Assembly: GCA_041491485.1 (NCBI GenBank)
Contig: JBGPVC010000003.1
Coordinates: 1-52,188 of the forward strand
Reading direction: 5' to 3'
Length of the DNA: 52,188 nucleotides
DNA from: Candidatus Limnocylindria bacterium
GTDB taxonomy: Bacteria > Chloroflexota > Limnocylindria > Limnocylindrales > CSP1-4
A program made the position numbers and the translations under genes. Positions 9,291 through 18,407 of this stretch are shown in pieces. Position 1 is the stretch's first letter; each line of letters starts with the position of its first letter. The notes under the pieces were generated by a model. The model was not told the origin of the DNA, ran no database searches, and saw nothing but the letters and a program-made list of their open reading frames with translations.

Positions 9291-10118
9291 ATGACGACCA
9301 TCGATGCGGCCACGATGCGCCGCCTGACCCTCCATGAGGCTCGCGTCCACGCCACGCCCGCGCGAGACGTTCGTGACCTCGGCGATGCGATCCTGCTGCA
9401 CGACCCGATCGACCCCGAACCATTCTGGAACCGGCTGGCGGCCGTTCGCTGGCCGGCCGATTCCATCGCCTTCGATCGGCGGCTGACCGAGATCCTGGTG
9501 CTGTTCGCGTCGCTAGGGCGCCAGCCGCACATCTGGCCGTCGCCGCTCCACGACACGCCGGCCGACCTGGTCGAGCGGCTCGGAGCCAACGGGTTCCGGG
9601 ACACCGGCGAAGGCTGCGTGATGGTCCTGTCGGATCCGCGCCCGGCCGAAGCGGCGGTCGCCCGCCCGCTGCCCTCCGGGATCGCGATCGAGCGGGTGTC
9701 GGGGATTCGGGGACGGGCCGCCGACGAGGCAGCGAAGGCAATCGTTGAGGTCCTGGTCGACGCCTTCGACGTCGGTGGCGACGGGCGACTGGGCGTGACG
9801 GCCGAGACGATCACCTCGCTGGCCCGTGACACGTTCACCCATTACCTGGCTCGCTGGGACGGCCGGCCGGCCGCGGTCGCTCGCCGAGCGACGTTCGACG
9901 GGATCAGCTACCTGTCGTCGATCGGCACCGCGGCCTGGGCACTAGGCCGGGGCTTCGGGCGCCTCGTGACGGCGATCGCTTCGAGTGACGCCGCCGCTGC
10001 CGGCAGCGAATGGACGCATCTTGGGGTCTTCGCCGACAACCGCGATGCGATCCGGCTCTACCGTGACCTCGGATTTGTGGTGGTCGGCGAGCCGTGCCCC
10101 GATCTCCTGTTGATCTGA
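9291..10118 (+). CDS. GNAT family N-acetyltransferase
   Basis: C-terminal LGRGFG..LGVFADNRDAIRLYRDLGF; TATCGT box upstream of the ATG. Confidence 0.8.
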   Translation: MTTIDAATMRRLTLHEARVHATPARDVRDLGDAILLHDPIDPEPFWNRLAAVRWPADSIAFDRRLTEILVLFASLGRQPHIWPSPLHDTPADLVERLGANGFRDTGEGCVMVLSDPRPAEAAVARPLPSGIAIERVSGIRGRAADEAAKAIVEVLVDAFDVGGDGRLGVTAETITSLARDTFTHYLARWDGRPAAVARRATFDGISYLSSIGTAAWALGRGFGRLVTAIASSDAAAAGSEWTHLGVFADNRDAIRLYRDLGFVVVGEPCPDLLLI

Positions 10119-10120
10119 CA

Positions 10121-10633
10121 GTGGCCGGCAGCACGACGGCCGAGCGGGTGGCCGTAGCCTGGCGCGACGCTGTCAGCGATGCCGCCACGATGCGGACCGC
10201 GAACGCGCGACCAGTGGCCGTCGGATGGGCAACCGTCGAGCTCGATCGCGCGACTACCGAGCTCGCCGGCGCGCTCGGTCTCGGTGGTGCCAAGGTGTTC
10301 CGCCCGGCGCCGCGCAGCGCCGTCCTCGGCGGGGCGTGCCGGGTCGCCCGGGGCGTGCTACCGGACGAGGGGTCGCTCGTCGTGCTCGAGCCGGATGCGG
10401 AAGGACGGCTGGCCGGCTCGCTCGCACGCCTGGGCGAAGGCCCGGTGGGGGTGTGGCTCGCCGTGGATGACGCTGCGGCCGCGCTCCAGGCGCTGCGCCA
10501 GGATGGGTTCGCCGTCTCGGCCGAGCGGGACGGGCCGTTCGGCGCCGAACGGCTCATCGTCGGCGGCCTGGCGGAGGGCGTGGGGCGGCAGCGGCTCCTG
10601 GTCGTTCGCGCGCCGGGTACCATCCGTTCATGA
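10121..10633 (+). CDS. Hypothetical protein, possibly VOC/glyoxalase-like
   Basis: LVVLEP..GRLAGSLARLGEGPVGVWLAVDD resembles VOC/epimerase folds. ATGA coupling to the next gene; start uncertain (CTG 10115 or GTG 10121). Confidence 0.55.
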   Translation: MAGSTTAERVAVAWRDAVSDAATMRTANARPVAVGWATVELDRATTELAGALGLGGAKVFRPAPRSAVLGGACRVARGVLPDEGSLVVLEPDAEGRLAGSLARLGEGPVGVWLAVDDAAAALQALRQDGFAVSAERDGPFGAERLIVGGLAEGVGRQRLLVVRAPGTIRS

Positions 10634-11070
10634 GCGATCCATCGGCCATGACCTTCCGCCTGGCCGGCGCCGCCGACGCGCCGGCAATCGCGGCGCTGTT
10701 CTCGGAGGAGGGGTACCCGGCCGGCCCGAGCGACATCAAGGCGCGGCTCGCCCGCTTCGCATCGTCCACTTCGCGCGTGGTGATCGCCGAGCACGAGGGC
10801 GCGATCCTTGGGTTCGTCGCCGTGCACGCCCTCCCGCGGTTCGAGCACGGCGACTGGATCCTGCGGGTGCTGGCCCTGGTCGTCGACGCCGGAGCGCGCG
10901 AGCGGGGCGTCGGACGAGCCCTGATGGCCGAGGCTGAACGGATCGGTCGGGAGGTCGGTGCCACCTTCGTGGAGGTGACCGCCGGCCACCATCGTCCCGA
11001 GGCACGCCACCTGTACGAGTCGCTCGGCTACGACTCCGCGGTGACGGCCTACCTGCGCAAGAAGCTCTGA
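10630..11070 (+). CDS. GNAT family N-acetyltransferase
   Basis: LVVDAGARERGVGRALM..ARHLYESLGY. Confidence 0.9.
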   Translation: MSDPSAMTFRLAGAADAPAIAALFSEEGYPAGPSDIKARLARFASSTSRVVIAEHEGAILGFVAVHALPRFEHGDWILRVLALVVDAGARERGVGRALMAEAERIGREVGATFVEVTAGHHRPEARHLYESLGYDSAVTAYLRKKL

Positions 11071-12419
11071 CCGAGCTGACCGAGCCGACCGGACCGCGCC
11101 GGCCGACCGGACCGCGCCGCCCGACCGAGCCGGTCGCTCCCGCCGGCTTCCCGCGACTCCGGCTCCGCGACCGTGCCAGCAAGCTGATCGAGCTGCCCTG
11201 GGAAGTGCCGCTGGCAGGGTGGCCGGCATCCTCGCTCAGCTTCCGCGACTTGCCGGTCGGGCCATCGCGTCATCTCGTCCGGTTTCTCGTGGTCGACGGG
11301 CAGACGTTCGCCCTCAAGGAGGAGCCGCTCGGCGTCGCCACCGACGAGTTCGTCGTCCTGCGCCACCTCGAGGAGGCAGGCCTGCCGGCGGTCCTGGCTG
11401 TCGGGCTGGCGGCCGTGCCCGAACGGGACAGCGCCATCCTGATCACCGAGTACCTCGCCTATTCGATCCAGTATCGGCGCCTGCTGATGCGCTTTCCGCT
11501 CGGTCCCGGCCCGTACCGTGATCGGCTGCTGGACGCGATGGCGTCGTTGCTGGTGGATCTCCACCGTGCCGGGGTCTACTGGGGCGACTGCTCCCTGGCC
11601 AACACCCTGTTCCGGCGAGACGGCGACAAGATCCAGGCCTACCTGGTCGATGCGGAGACGAGCGAGATCCATCCGTCGCTGTCCGACGGCCAGCGCGCCT
11701 ACGACCTCGACATCCTGGTCGAGAACGTCGCCTTCGGCCTGGCCGACCTGGCCGCGATGCAGGGTCGGTCGGAAGGCTTCGACGATGCGATGGCTGCCGC
11801 CGAGACCGTTCGTACACGCTACTGCGCGGTGTGGGAGGAGCTGCACCTCGAGCCGGAGCTGTCACCCGGTGATCGGCACGCCATCCGGGCACGGATCCGG
11901 CGACTCAACGAGCTGGGGTTCGCGATCGACGAGCTCGTCCTCGAGCCGACCTCGCCGAGCTCGGAGGTCGTCCGCCTGCGGGTCGCGGTCGCCAACCGGC
12001 GCTTCCATGGCCACGAGCTCCAGAAGCTGACCGGCCTGGTCGCTCTCGAGGGACAGGCGCGCTTGCTGCTGAACGACCTGCGCGAGTACCAGGGCTGGCT
12101 GGAGCATCAACGACGAAGGCCGGTGGTGATCGCGGAGGCGGCCACCCGCTGGCTCGAGGATGTCCTCCAACCGTCGCTGGCCGCGCTCGTGCCGGCGATC
12201 GGGCCCCTGCGCGACCCGCTCCAGGCGTATTGCGATGTGCTCGAGGAGAAGTGGCTGCTGTCGGAGGCCGCCGGCCACGATGTCGGATTGGAGACCGCAA
12301 TGGCCGCCTACCTGGACCTCGGCGCCCCGGCACCCGAGGCCGGCGCGAGCCTGGCCGACAGCTCGATCGCCCTCGACATCGACTGGTCGGGCGGGCTCGA
12401 CCAGGACGAGGTCACCTGA
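11067..12419 (+). CDS. DUF4032-like / lipopolysaccharide-kinase-like protein
   Basis: LIELPWEVPL, SRHLVRF, LVDLHRAGVYWGDCSLANTLFRRD, AYLVDAET, YCDVLEEKWLLSE. The frame is open upstream of GTG 11205 back to a CTG at 11067 that overlaps the GNAT stop; start uncertain. Confidence 0.75.
   Translation: MTELTEPTGPRRPTGPRRPTEPVAPAGFPRLRLRDRASKLIELPWEVPLAGWPASSLSFRDLPVGPSRHLVRFLVVDGQTFALKEEPLGVATDEFVVLRHLEEAGLPAVLAVGLAAVPERDSAILITEYLAYSIQYRRLLMRFPLGPGPYRDRLLDAMASLLVDLHRAGVYWGDCSLANTLFRRDGDKIQAYLVDAETSEIHPSLSDGQRAYDLDILVENVAFGLADLAAMQGRSEGFDDAMAAAETVRTRYCAVWEELHLEPELSPGDRHAIRARIRRLNELGFAIDELVLEPTSPSSEVVRLRVAVANRRFHGHELQKLTGLVALEGQARLLLNDLREYQGWLEHQRRRPVVIAEAATRWLEDVLQPSLAALVPAIGPLRDPLQAYCDVLEEKWLLSEAAGHDVGLETAMAAYLDLGAPAPEAGASLADSSIALDIDWSGGLDQDEVT
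11085..11126 (+). repeat. 18-nt tandem repeat (CCGACCGGACCGCGCCGG-like, about 2.3 copies) encoding PTGPRR
   Basis: Read directly from the sequence. Confidence 0.6.
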
Positions 12420-12453
12420 CGTGCGCGGCGCGTCCATGGCACCATCGGGGGCG

Positions 12454-13395
12454 ATGCAGACATCGGGGGTGGTCGCAACCTCGCCGGTCATCCGGGTGGA
12501 CAGCCTGATCAAGCGCTATGGCGAGATCAAGGCCGTCGACGGCATCGATTTCGAAGTCGCCGCCGGCGAGGTGTTCGGCCTGCTCGGCCCGAACGGCGCC
12601 GGGAAGACAACCACGGTCGAGATCCTCGAGGGCCTGCGCTCGCCGGACGGCGGCCGGGCAACGGTGCTCGGCGTGGACGTCGCCTCGGGCGCCGGTTCGC
12701 TCAAGCCCCGGATCGGGGTGAGCCTCCAGACGGCGTCCCTCTACCCGAAGCTGACCGTGGTCGAGGTCATCGACCTGTTCCGAAGCTTCTACCCGCATTC
12801 CCGGCCGACCGATGAGCTGATCGGTGATCTCGAGCTCGGTGAACGACGGCACGCCCAGACACGCGAGCTGTCCGGGGGCCAGCGGCAACGCCTCGCGGTG
12901 GCCCTTGCCCTGGTCAACGACCCGGAGCTGATCTTCCTCGACGAGCCGACGACCGGCCTCGATCCGGCTGCCCGGCGGTCGCTCTGGGACCTGATCCGGA
13001 AGCTCAAGGCCGCCGGCCGGACCGTCCTCCTGACGACCCACTACATGGAGGAGGCCGAGGTCCTGTGCGACCGGCTGGCGATCATGGACCACGGCCGGAT
13101 CCTCGAGATGGGCACGGTCGACGAGCTCATCTCGAAGCGCTTCAAGCAGCGGGCCGTCCACTTCGACAGCGTGGCCGCCCTGTCCGAGGCCGATCTGCAC
13201 GCGCTTCCGGGCGTCAGCTCGGTCAAGCACGATGCGGACGAGACGCTGCTCTACACGAGCGACGTCGCGACGACCATCGGCGCGCTGCTCAGCCTGACCG
13301 AGGCGCGCAACGTCGATCCGCAGAACCTGGGCGTCCGCCGGGCGACCCTCGAGGACGTCTTCCTCGACCTGACCGGCCGGGCGCTTCGGGACTGA
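12454..13395 (+). CDS. ABC transporter ATP-binding protein (ABC-2/DrrA-like)
   Basis: Walker A GPNGAGKT, signature LSGGQRQR, Walker B IFLDEPTTGLD, and TTHYMEEAE. The start could also be 12436. Confidence 0.95.
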   Translation: MQTSGVVATSPVIRVDSLIKRYGEIKAVDGIDFEVAAGEVFGLLGPNGAGKTTTVEILEGLRSPDGGRATVLGVDVASGAGSLKPRIGVSLQTASLYPKLTVVEVIDLFRSFYPHSRPTDELIGDLELGERRHAQTRELSGGQRQRLAVALALVNDPELIFLDEPTTGLDPAARRSLWDLIRKLKAAGRTVLLTTHYMEEAEVLCDRLAIMDHGRILEMGTVDELISKRFKQRAVHFDSVAALSEADLHALPGVSSVKHDADETLLYTSDVATTIGALLSLTEARNVDPQNLGVRRATLEDVFLDLTGRALRD

Positions 13396-13418
13396 GCGAA
13401 GGACCGGCCGACCGAGCG

Positions 13419-14510
13419 ATGAACGCGCTGCTGACGCTCACCCTCGCCAACATCCGGAGCTACGTCCGGGACCGGGCGGCGCTGTTCTGGACCCTGGCGT
13501 TCCCGCTCGTCTTCATCGTGATGTTCGGGCTCATCTTCCAGGGCGGCGGGGCTCGTCTGACCCTGGGCTGGGCCGACGCCGACAACAGCCCCGCGTCCGC
13601 CCGGCTGCGCGACGCCTTCGCCAAGCAGGCGGGCGTGACCCTCGTCGAGACGTCCCGCCAGGACGCCCTCGACCAGATGAAGATCGGCAAGGTCGACGCC
13701 GTGATCGCCGTCCCCGCGGGCTATGGCCAGGCGCTGGCCGCCGCGACGGCCGCCGGCGGTGGAGCGCCGACGTCAATCTCGATCTACACGGACCCGTCGC
13801 GGTCGGCGCTCGTCGGCGAGGTCTACCAGGCGGTCGGCAGCGTGCTCGGCGTGGTCAACCTCGGAGGCCGGCCGCCGCTGGTGGTGCCGGACGGCCAGAC
13901 GTTCCAGACCGAGAACCTCAACGCGATCAGCTACTTCGTGCCGAGCATGCTCGGCCTGTCGGTCATGCAGGTCGGGATCTTCGCCGCCATCCCGCTGGTG
14001 GGGGATCGCGAGAAGCTCATCCTCAAGCGCCTCGCGGCCACGCCCCTGCGGCGCTGGCAGCTGATCGGCAGCAACGTGCTGATGCGGCTGCTGATCGCGC
14101 TGGCCCAGACCGTGATCATCGTGGTGGTCGGCACGGCCGCGTTCGGCGTGCAGATCACCGGCAACCTGCTGGTCGTTGCCGGCTTCGTGATGCTCGGCGC
14201 GGTCACGTTCCTGTCGCTGGGCTACGTCATCGCCTCGTTCGCCAACACCGAGGACTCGGCGAACGGGATGACCAGCATGATCCAGTTCCCGATGATGTTC
14301 CTCTCGGGCGCGTTCTTCCAGATCGATCAGATGCCGCAGTTTCTGCAGGTCGTGGCCCGGGCGATCCCGCTCACGTATCTGGCCGATGCGCTGCGCCAGG
14401 TCATGGTCGGTGGCGCCGCGTTCGCCCCGCTCTGGACCTGCTTCCTGGTCCTGGCCGCGTGGCTGGTCGTCTGTTTCGCGATTGCCTCGCGCAAGTTCCG
14501 CTGGCAATAG
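13419..14510 (+). CDS. ABC-2 type transporter permease
   Basis: RDRAALFWTLAFP, REKLILKRLAATPL, FPMMFLSGAFF, PLTYLADALR; several TM segments. Confidence 0.92.
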   Translation: MNALLTLTLANIRSYVRDRAALFWTLAFPLVFIVMFGLIFQGGGARLTLGWADADNSPASARLRDAFAKQAGVTLVETSRQDALDQMKIGKVDAVIAVPAGYGQALAAATAAGGGAPTSISIYTDPSRSALVGEVYQAVGSVLGVVNLGGRPPLVVPDGQTFQTENLNAISYFVPSMLGLSVMQVGIFAAIPLVGDREKLILKRLAATPLRRWQLIGSNVLMRLLIALAQTVIIVVVGTAAFGVQITGNLLVVAGFVMLGAVTFLSLGYVIASFANTEDSANGMTSMIQFPMMFLSGAFFQIDQMPQFLQVVARAIPLTYLADALRQVMVGGAAFAPLWTCFLVLAAWLVVCFAIASRKFRWQ

Positions 14511-14675
14511 GCATTCCTCGAACGACCACGTGCACGCGGCTCGGTTGGCGTGCGGACCCGAGTCCCGAACGGACTCGTCGTCCCGAATCTGAAGCCCAGA
14601 TCTGGCCTGACAGTCCCCGGAGGCATCTCTGGCAAACGACGCGGGCGGGACGCGCGGCCGCCACCGGTCTCCTCG

Positions 14676-15215
14676 CTACCAGTGCTCGTCGCGGACCATC
14701 TCGCCGAGTTCACGGCGGCCACCGGGCTTCGGCGGCCGGATGAGCACCTCGGGGTCTGCCGGGTAGCCGAACGAGAGCAGGTACTCGCAGTGCTGGTCTG
14801 GCGGATAGCCCAACGAGCGGCGCGCGAGTTCGTGGTCGTAGATGGTCGCCGGGACGCTCCCGATCCCGAGCTCCCAGGCGGCGAGCATCATGTTCGCGGC
14901 CGCCTGCCCGAGATCGAACAGGATGGAGAGTGGTGCGCCGGGCGCGCGGGGATCCGGTGTGACCAGCGCGACGGCCACTGCCGCTCCGGCGAGATGCACC
15001 GCCCACGGGCCGAGCGTGGACAGCTCTCGGAGGTGCGCCCGGTCACGGCAGACGATGTAGGTCCAGCGCTGGAGGTTCTTGCTGCTGCCCGCGTGGCGAC
15101 CGGCGCGCAGGATCCGGTCGAGGTGCTCGGGCGCCAGCGGCTCCGGCGAGAACGCGCGAATCGCCCGTTTGCTGGCGATGGCACGCCAGACAGCGTCGCC
15201 GTCCCATCCGCTCAT
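14676..15215 (-). CDS. Nitroreductase family protein
   Basis: AIASKRAIRAF, AGSSKNLQRW, DLGQAAANMMLAAWELGIGS, LSFGYP. Confidence 0.9.
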   Translation of the reverse strand: MSGWDGDAVWRAIASKRAIRAFSPEPLAPEHLDRILRAGRHAGSSKNLQRWTYIVCRDRAHLRELSTLGPWAVHLAGAAVAVALVTPDPRAPGAPLSILFDLGQAAANMMLAAWELGIGSVPATIYDHELARRSLGYPPDQHCEYLLSFGYPADPEVLIRPPKPGGRRELGEMVRDEHW

Positions 15216-15234
15216 CGCCGGCCGCCGCGCGCGC

Positions 15235-16377
15235 TCACGGTTCCCCGGCCAGGGGTGCGCCATCGGCCATCGCGTCCGTCCTGACCGGCGGGCGTGTCGC
15301 CCCCGGCAACGCGACACGGGCCAGCGTCCTGATCCCGCCGGGTGACTCGGCGATCGCCTCGAACCTGACCTCACCGTCGGGGATTCGCTCGGCGTGGGTC
15401 GCCGCCGCGATGTCGCCGGCGACGACCGGATCGAGCGGGCCGCCACAGGCCTCGGTCAGGAATCGCGCCACGGCCCGGCGATAGACCGGGTCCTCGTAGA
15501 GCCAGGAATGCTGCCCACCGGCGATCCGCAGGCTCTCGACGCGACCTGCCCCAGGATCGCTGCGCCGCGACGCCCGCGCCGCTCGTTCGAGCCGCCCCAG
15601 ATGGCTGGACGGCATGACGATGTCGTTATCGCCGTGGGCCAGCAGGATCGGTCCGCGGTAGCTCGCGAAGGCGGCCGATGCACTCGTCGATCGCACGGCA
15701 TGCCCTCTCGGCCGCAGGTAGACGCGGGTCGTCAGCCAGGCGAGGGGGTAGGCGATCGGGTCGGGGATCGGCAGGTGGGCAAGGCGGAAGGTCTGGCGCG
15801 TCAGGCGGTATGGATCGGATGGGCCGGACGTCGCGACGATCGCTGCGACCCGGGGGTCGGCGGCACCGGCAAGGATGGCCCCGATCGCACCCATCGAGTG
15901 GCCGGAAATTGCTCCCACGGTGATCTCCGGCCGGTCCATCAGGACGCGAAACGCCGCCGCAGCATCGAGCCCGAACTCGCCGGCACTCAGGGGCAACGCC
16001 TCCGGTGGGTTGGCGCCGTGGCCGCGAACGTCAAAGGTCAGGCAGTGGAACCCGGCGGCTCGCAGAAAGACGGCCATCGGCAGCGTCCGGTCGCGCGCCG
16101 ACTCCCAGCCGTGGACGAGCACGATGCCCGGACCGGGCAGTCCATCACGGGCCGGGATGAACCAGCCGGGCAGGTCGATGCCGCCGGATGGCACGTGAAC
16201 CGATTCGAACGGAAGACCGAGATCGGATGGTGTGATCCGGGGCGGGTCACGACGCGGATAGCCCGCCCGGACGCGATAGGCGAGCGCGAACCGGTAGGCG
16301 AGGCCGACCTGCACCGCAGCGACGACGGCCGCGATCCCGATCCTGCGTCCAATCCCCATCCTCGTAGGGGACGGCAC
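15235..16377 (-). CDS. Membrane-anchored alpha/beta hydrolase
   Basis: N-terminal TM segment; VLVHGW, FDVRGHG, nucleophile GHSMG, LLAHGDND, GGQH. The start could be 16359. Confidence 0.85.
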   Translation of the reverse strand: MPSPTRMGIGRRIGIAAVVAAVQVGLAYRFALAYRVRAGYPRRDPPRITPSDLGLPFESVHVPSGGIDLPGWFIPARDGLPGPGIVLVHGWESARDRTLPMAVFLRAAGFHCLTFDVRGHGANPPEALPLSAGEFGLDAAAAFRVLMDRPEITVGAISGHSMGAIGAILAGAADPRVAAIVATSGPSDPYRLTRQTFRLAHLPIPDPIAYPLAWLTTRVYLRPRGHAVRSTSASAAFASYRGPILLAHGDNDIVMPSSHLGRLERAARASRRSDPGAGRVESLRIAGGQHSWLYEDPVYRRAVARFLTEACGGPLDPVVAGDIAAATHAERIPDGEVRFEAIAESPGGIRTLARVALPGATRPPVRTDAMADGAPLAGEP

Positions 16378-16621
16378 CCGGCATCAGCCTGTCAAGTGGC
16401 GGGGCGTCACCGTCGCTTGCCGCGACCGCGCGTGTCGCCTCAGCGGTAATGGCCACCCGGGCGAGGGGCACGCGGAACCGCGACGTCGTCGACGTCCGGC
16501 GTGCCGGCCTCGAGGCGTGTCCAGCATGGGGCCAAGCCCGGTCGCGTCAAGGCGCGAACGGGCCTCGCGCCTGCCCTGACGAAGTGGGGCCTGGCGGCGT
16601 CCGTGCCCTACACTCAGGGCA

Positions 16622-17344
16622 ATGGTCAAACGAGACCCACGGGACGTTCTCGGTGTCGAAAACGGCGCGTCGCCGGCGCAGATCAAGGCGGCATGGCGCC
16701 ATCTCGCCCGCGCCAATCACCCGGACCTGACCGGCGACGATCCGGCGGCGTCGCGGGCCGCGACCAGGCGCATGGCCGAGATCAACGACGCGTACGCAGC
16801 CCTGACCCGGAAGCCGGGGAAGGACGGCGCACCGGCCGGCGTGAACGGCGACGAGGCGGTCTTCGAGGCGGCGCGACCGCGCCGCGGCGGCCCACCGCCA
16901 CCGCGTCCGACGCGACCGGTGACCGGTCGCGTCGATATGAGCCACACGTATCGAGCGCGCAACTCGGTCCTTGGTGGTCACACTCGTCGTGCCACGCTGC
17001 CGGGGCAGCCGCCCCTCCGCACCGATCCGATCCGTCAAGAGCCGCCACGTGCATCCACCCCGACCGGGCCGCTGGTGCGCGACCGTCTCCGTCACTTCCG
17101 CCGGCCGGCGGCCCCGCCACTCCACGAGGCTGAGGCGAGGATCATCGAGTTCGGCAAGTTCCACGGTCACACGCTCGGGCAGATCGCCGACTTCGAGCCG
17201 TCCTACATCGACTGGGTGGCGGGCACGGTCAGCCACGATCCTGATCTGGTGCAGGCGGCGCGCGTGATCCAGGCCGACCTGGATCGCCGAGGTGTCGCCC
17301 GCCGCGTCCACGTGAGCGCGGAGCGTCGCGGTCGCTCCGCCTGA
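16622..17344 (+). CDS. J-domain (DnaJ-like) protein with C-terminal FGKxxG domain
   Basis: DPRDVLGV..IKAAWRHLARANHPD..EINDAYAAL; Pro/Arg-rich linker; C-terminal IEFGKFHGHTLGQIADFEPSYIDWV. TACACT lies 7 nt before the ATG. Confidence 0.85.
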   Translation: MVKRDPRDVLGVENGASPAQIKAAWRHLARANHPDLTGDDPAASRAATRRMAEINDAYAALTRKPGKDGAPAGVNGDEAVFEAARPRRGGPPPPRPTRPVTGRVDMSHTYRARNSVLGGHTRRATLPGQPPLRTDPIRQEPPRASTPTGPLVRDRLRHFRRPAAPPLHEAEARIIEFGKFHGHTLGQIADFEPSYIDWVAGTVSHDPDLVQAARVIQADLDRRGVARRVHVSAERRGRSA

Positions 17345-17401
17345 GGCCTCGACACGCGCGGTGCACGATGGGCGACCGGCTCGCCAGGGTCCCGGACGCG
17401 C

Positions 17402-17429
17402 GATCGCCCTCCGATACCGGAGGGCGATC
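17402..17429. terminator. Perfect 12-bp hairpin
   Basis: GATCGCCCTCCG-ATAC-CGGAGGGCGATC. Confidence 0.65.
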
Positions 17430-17722
17430 CTGGCGCTGATGAATCCGCGATGAGTGCTGCCGTCCCGACGGTCCACCAGGCCTGTTGGCCGATGTCCAGT
17501 TACTCGGCTCGTGATCCAGGTCCGAGATCCATCGACTCGAGTCAGCCTCGAGACCGATCGTCCGTCTCTGGTTCCGTGACCGACACCCCAGGTGTCCCCC
17601 GGTTTGATCGCGGGTCGGCGTGAGAGGAACGGTACGCGCTGGCTCCGGGCCGTGGCAATGGCACCCTCGTCCCGGTCCGGACGGACTCGATGGTCGGGCG
17701 CACCCGCGCACCGAACCGGGAC
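17402..17722 (-). ncRNA. Putative structured non-coding RNA, family unassigned
   Basis: No credible ORF. Minus-strand TATGGT -10 box at 17729-17734, 5' hairpin 17669-17722, long-range stem 17452-17467 with 17646-17668, several internal hairpins, and a 3' perfect hairpin 17402-17429. Confidence 0.55.
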
Positions 17723-17796
17723 GCCCGTACCATATGCCCCAATGCACCGCGCACCAGCTGGAGCGTGGAGGCGGTGCGCCCGCTACGCTGACGGTC

Positions 17797-18378
17797 GTGT
17801 CCCGGTTCGCCCGATTCTGTGCCGCCCTGCTCGCGATCTCGCTCATGCTTGCCGGTTGTGGCGGCGGACTCGCGGCGTCGTTCGATCCGACCGGTCCGTG
17901 CACCATGGACGGTCAGGCGCCGGGCGCCTATCCGGACCTCGAGGCCCGGATTCCGGCGACCCTTCTCGACGCCAAACCGACCAAGGTCGACTCCGGCCGG
18001 CATTGCACCGCGGAGGCGCTCGGCTCGCTCTCGGCCGCCGGTTTCAAGGAGGTCCGGTTCGCCGGCGGGACCTGGTCATTCGGGGCGGAGCGGGCGGCCG
18101 CGCTCGCCGTCTTCACCGCGCCCGGCCTCACCGCCGACGCCATGGCCGAGTTCTACCTCGCCGGAGCGAGCGCCGCCGCGCGAACGAACCTCCTCGCCGG
18201 GACGGCGGTGACCCTCGCCGGGCGGCCGGGGCATCGTCTGGACACCGAGACCGGCGACCGGATGCAGACGGTCGAGGTCTGGCCGGCAGCCGTGCCGGAC
18301 ACGGTCAACGTGGTCATCACCAACGACCTCCCTGACGCTCGCATCGCGGATGCCGTCGATGCCTTCGGCGGACGATGA
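17797..18378 (+). CDS. Hypothetical lipoprotein
   Basis: GTG lies 7 nt after TACGCT; signal peptide [20 protein letters not shown] ends in a lipobox. Confidence 0.75.
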   Translation: MSRFARFCAALLAISLMLAGCGGGLAASFDPTGPCTMDGQAPGAYPDLEARIPATLLDAKPTKVDSGRHCTAEALGSLSAAGFKEVRFAGGTWSFGAERAAALAVFTAPGLTADAMAEFYLAGASAAARTNLLAGTAVTLAGRPGHRLDTETGDRMQTVEVWPAAVPDTVNVVITNDLPDARIADAVDAFGGR

Positions 18379-18407
18379 TTCCCGTGAGGGCTGCTAGAGT
18401 CGCGGCC

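Noticed and set aside
17575-17630. Resemblance to the 5' half of the c-di-AMP (ydaO) riboswitch on the minus strand (CGCCGA..ACCGGGGGACACC.TGGGGTG)
   Set aside because: The 3'-half motifs (CCCGAACCCG.CAGCTAAC) are not evident and no same-strand gene lies downstream. Kept only as an unassigned RNA.
17229-17906. ORFs spanning the 17.35-17.79 kb gap (e.g. 225 aa on the minus strand, N-terminal extension of 17620-18378)
   Set aside because: The translations are low-complexity and not protein-like. The lipoprotein signal starts at 17797, and RNA structure explains the region better.
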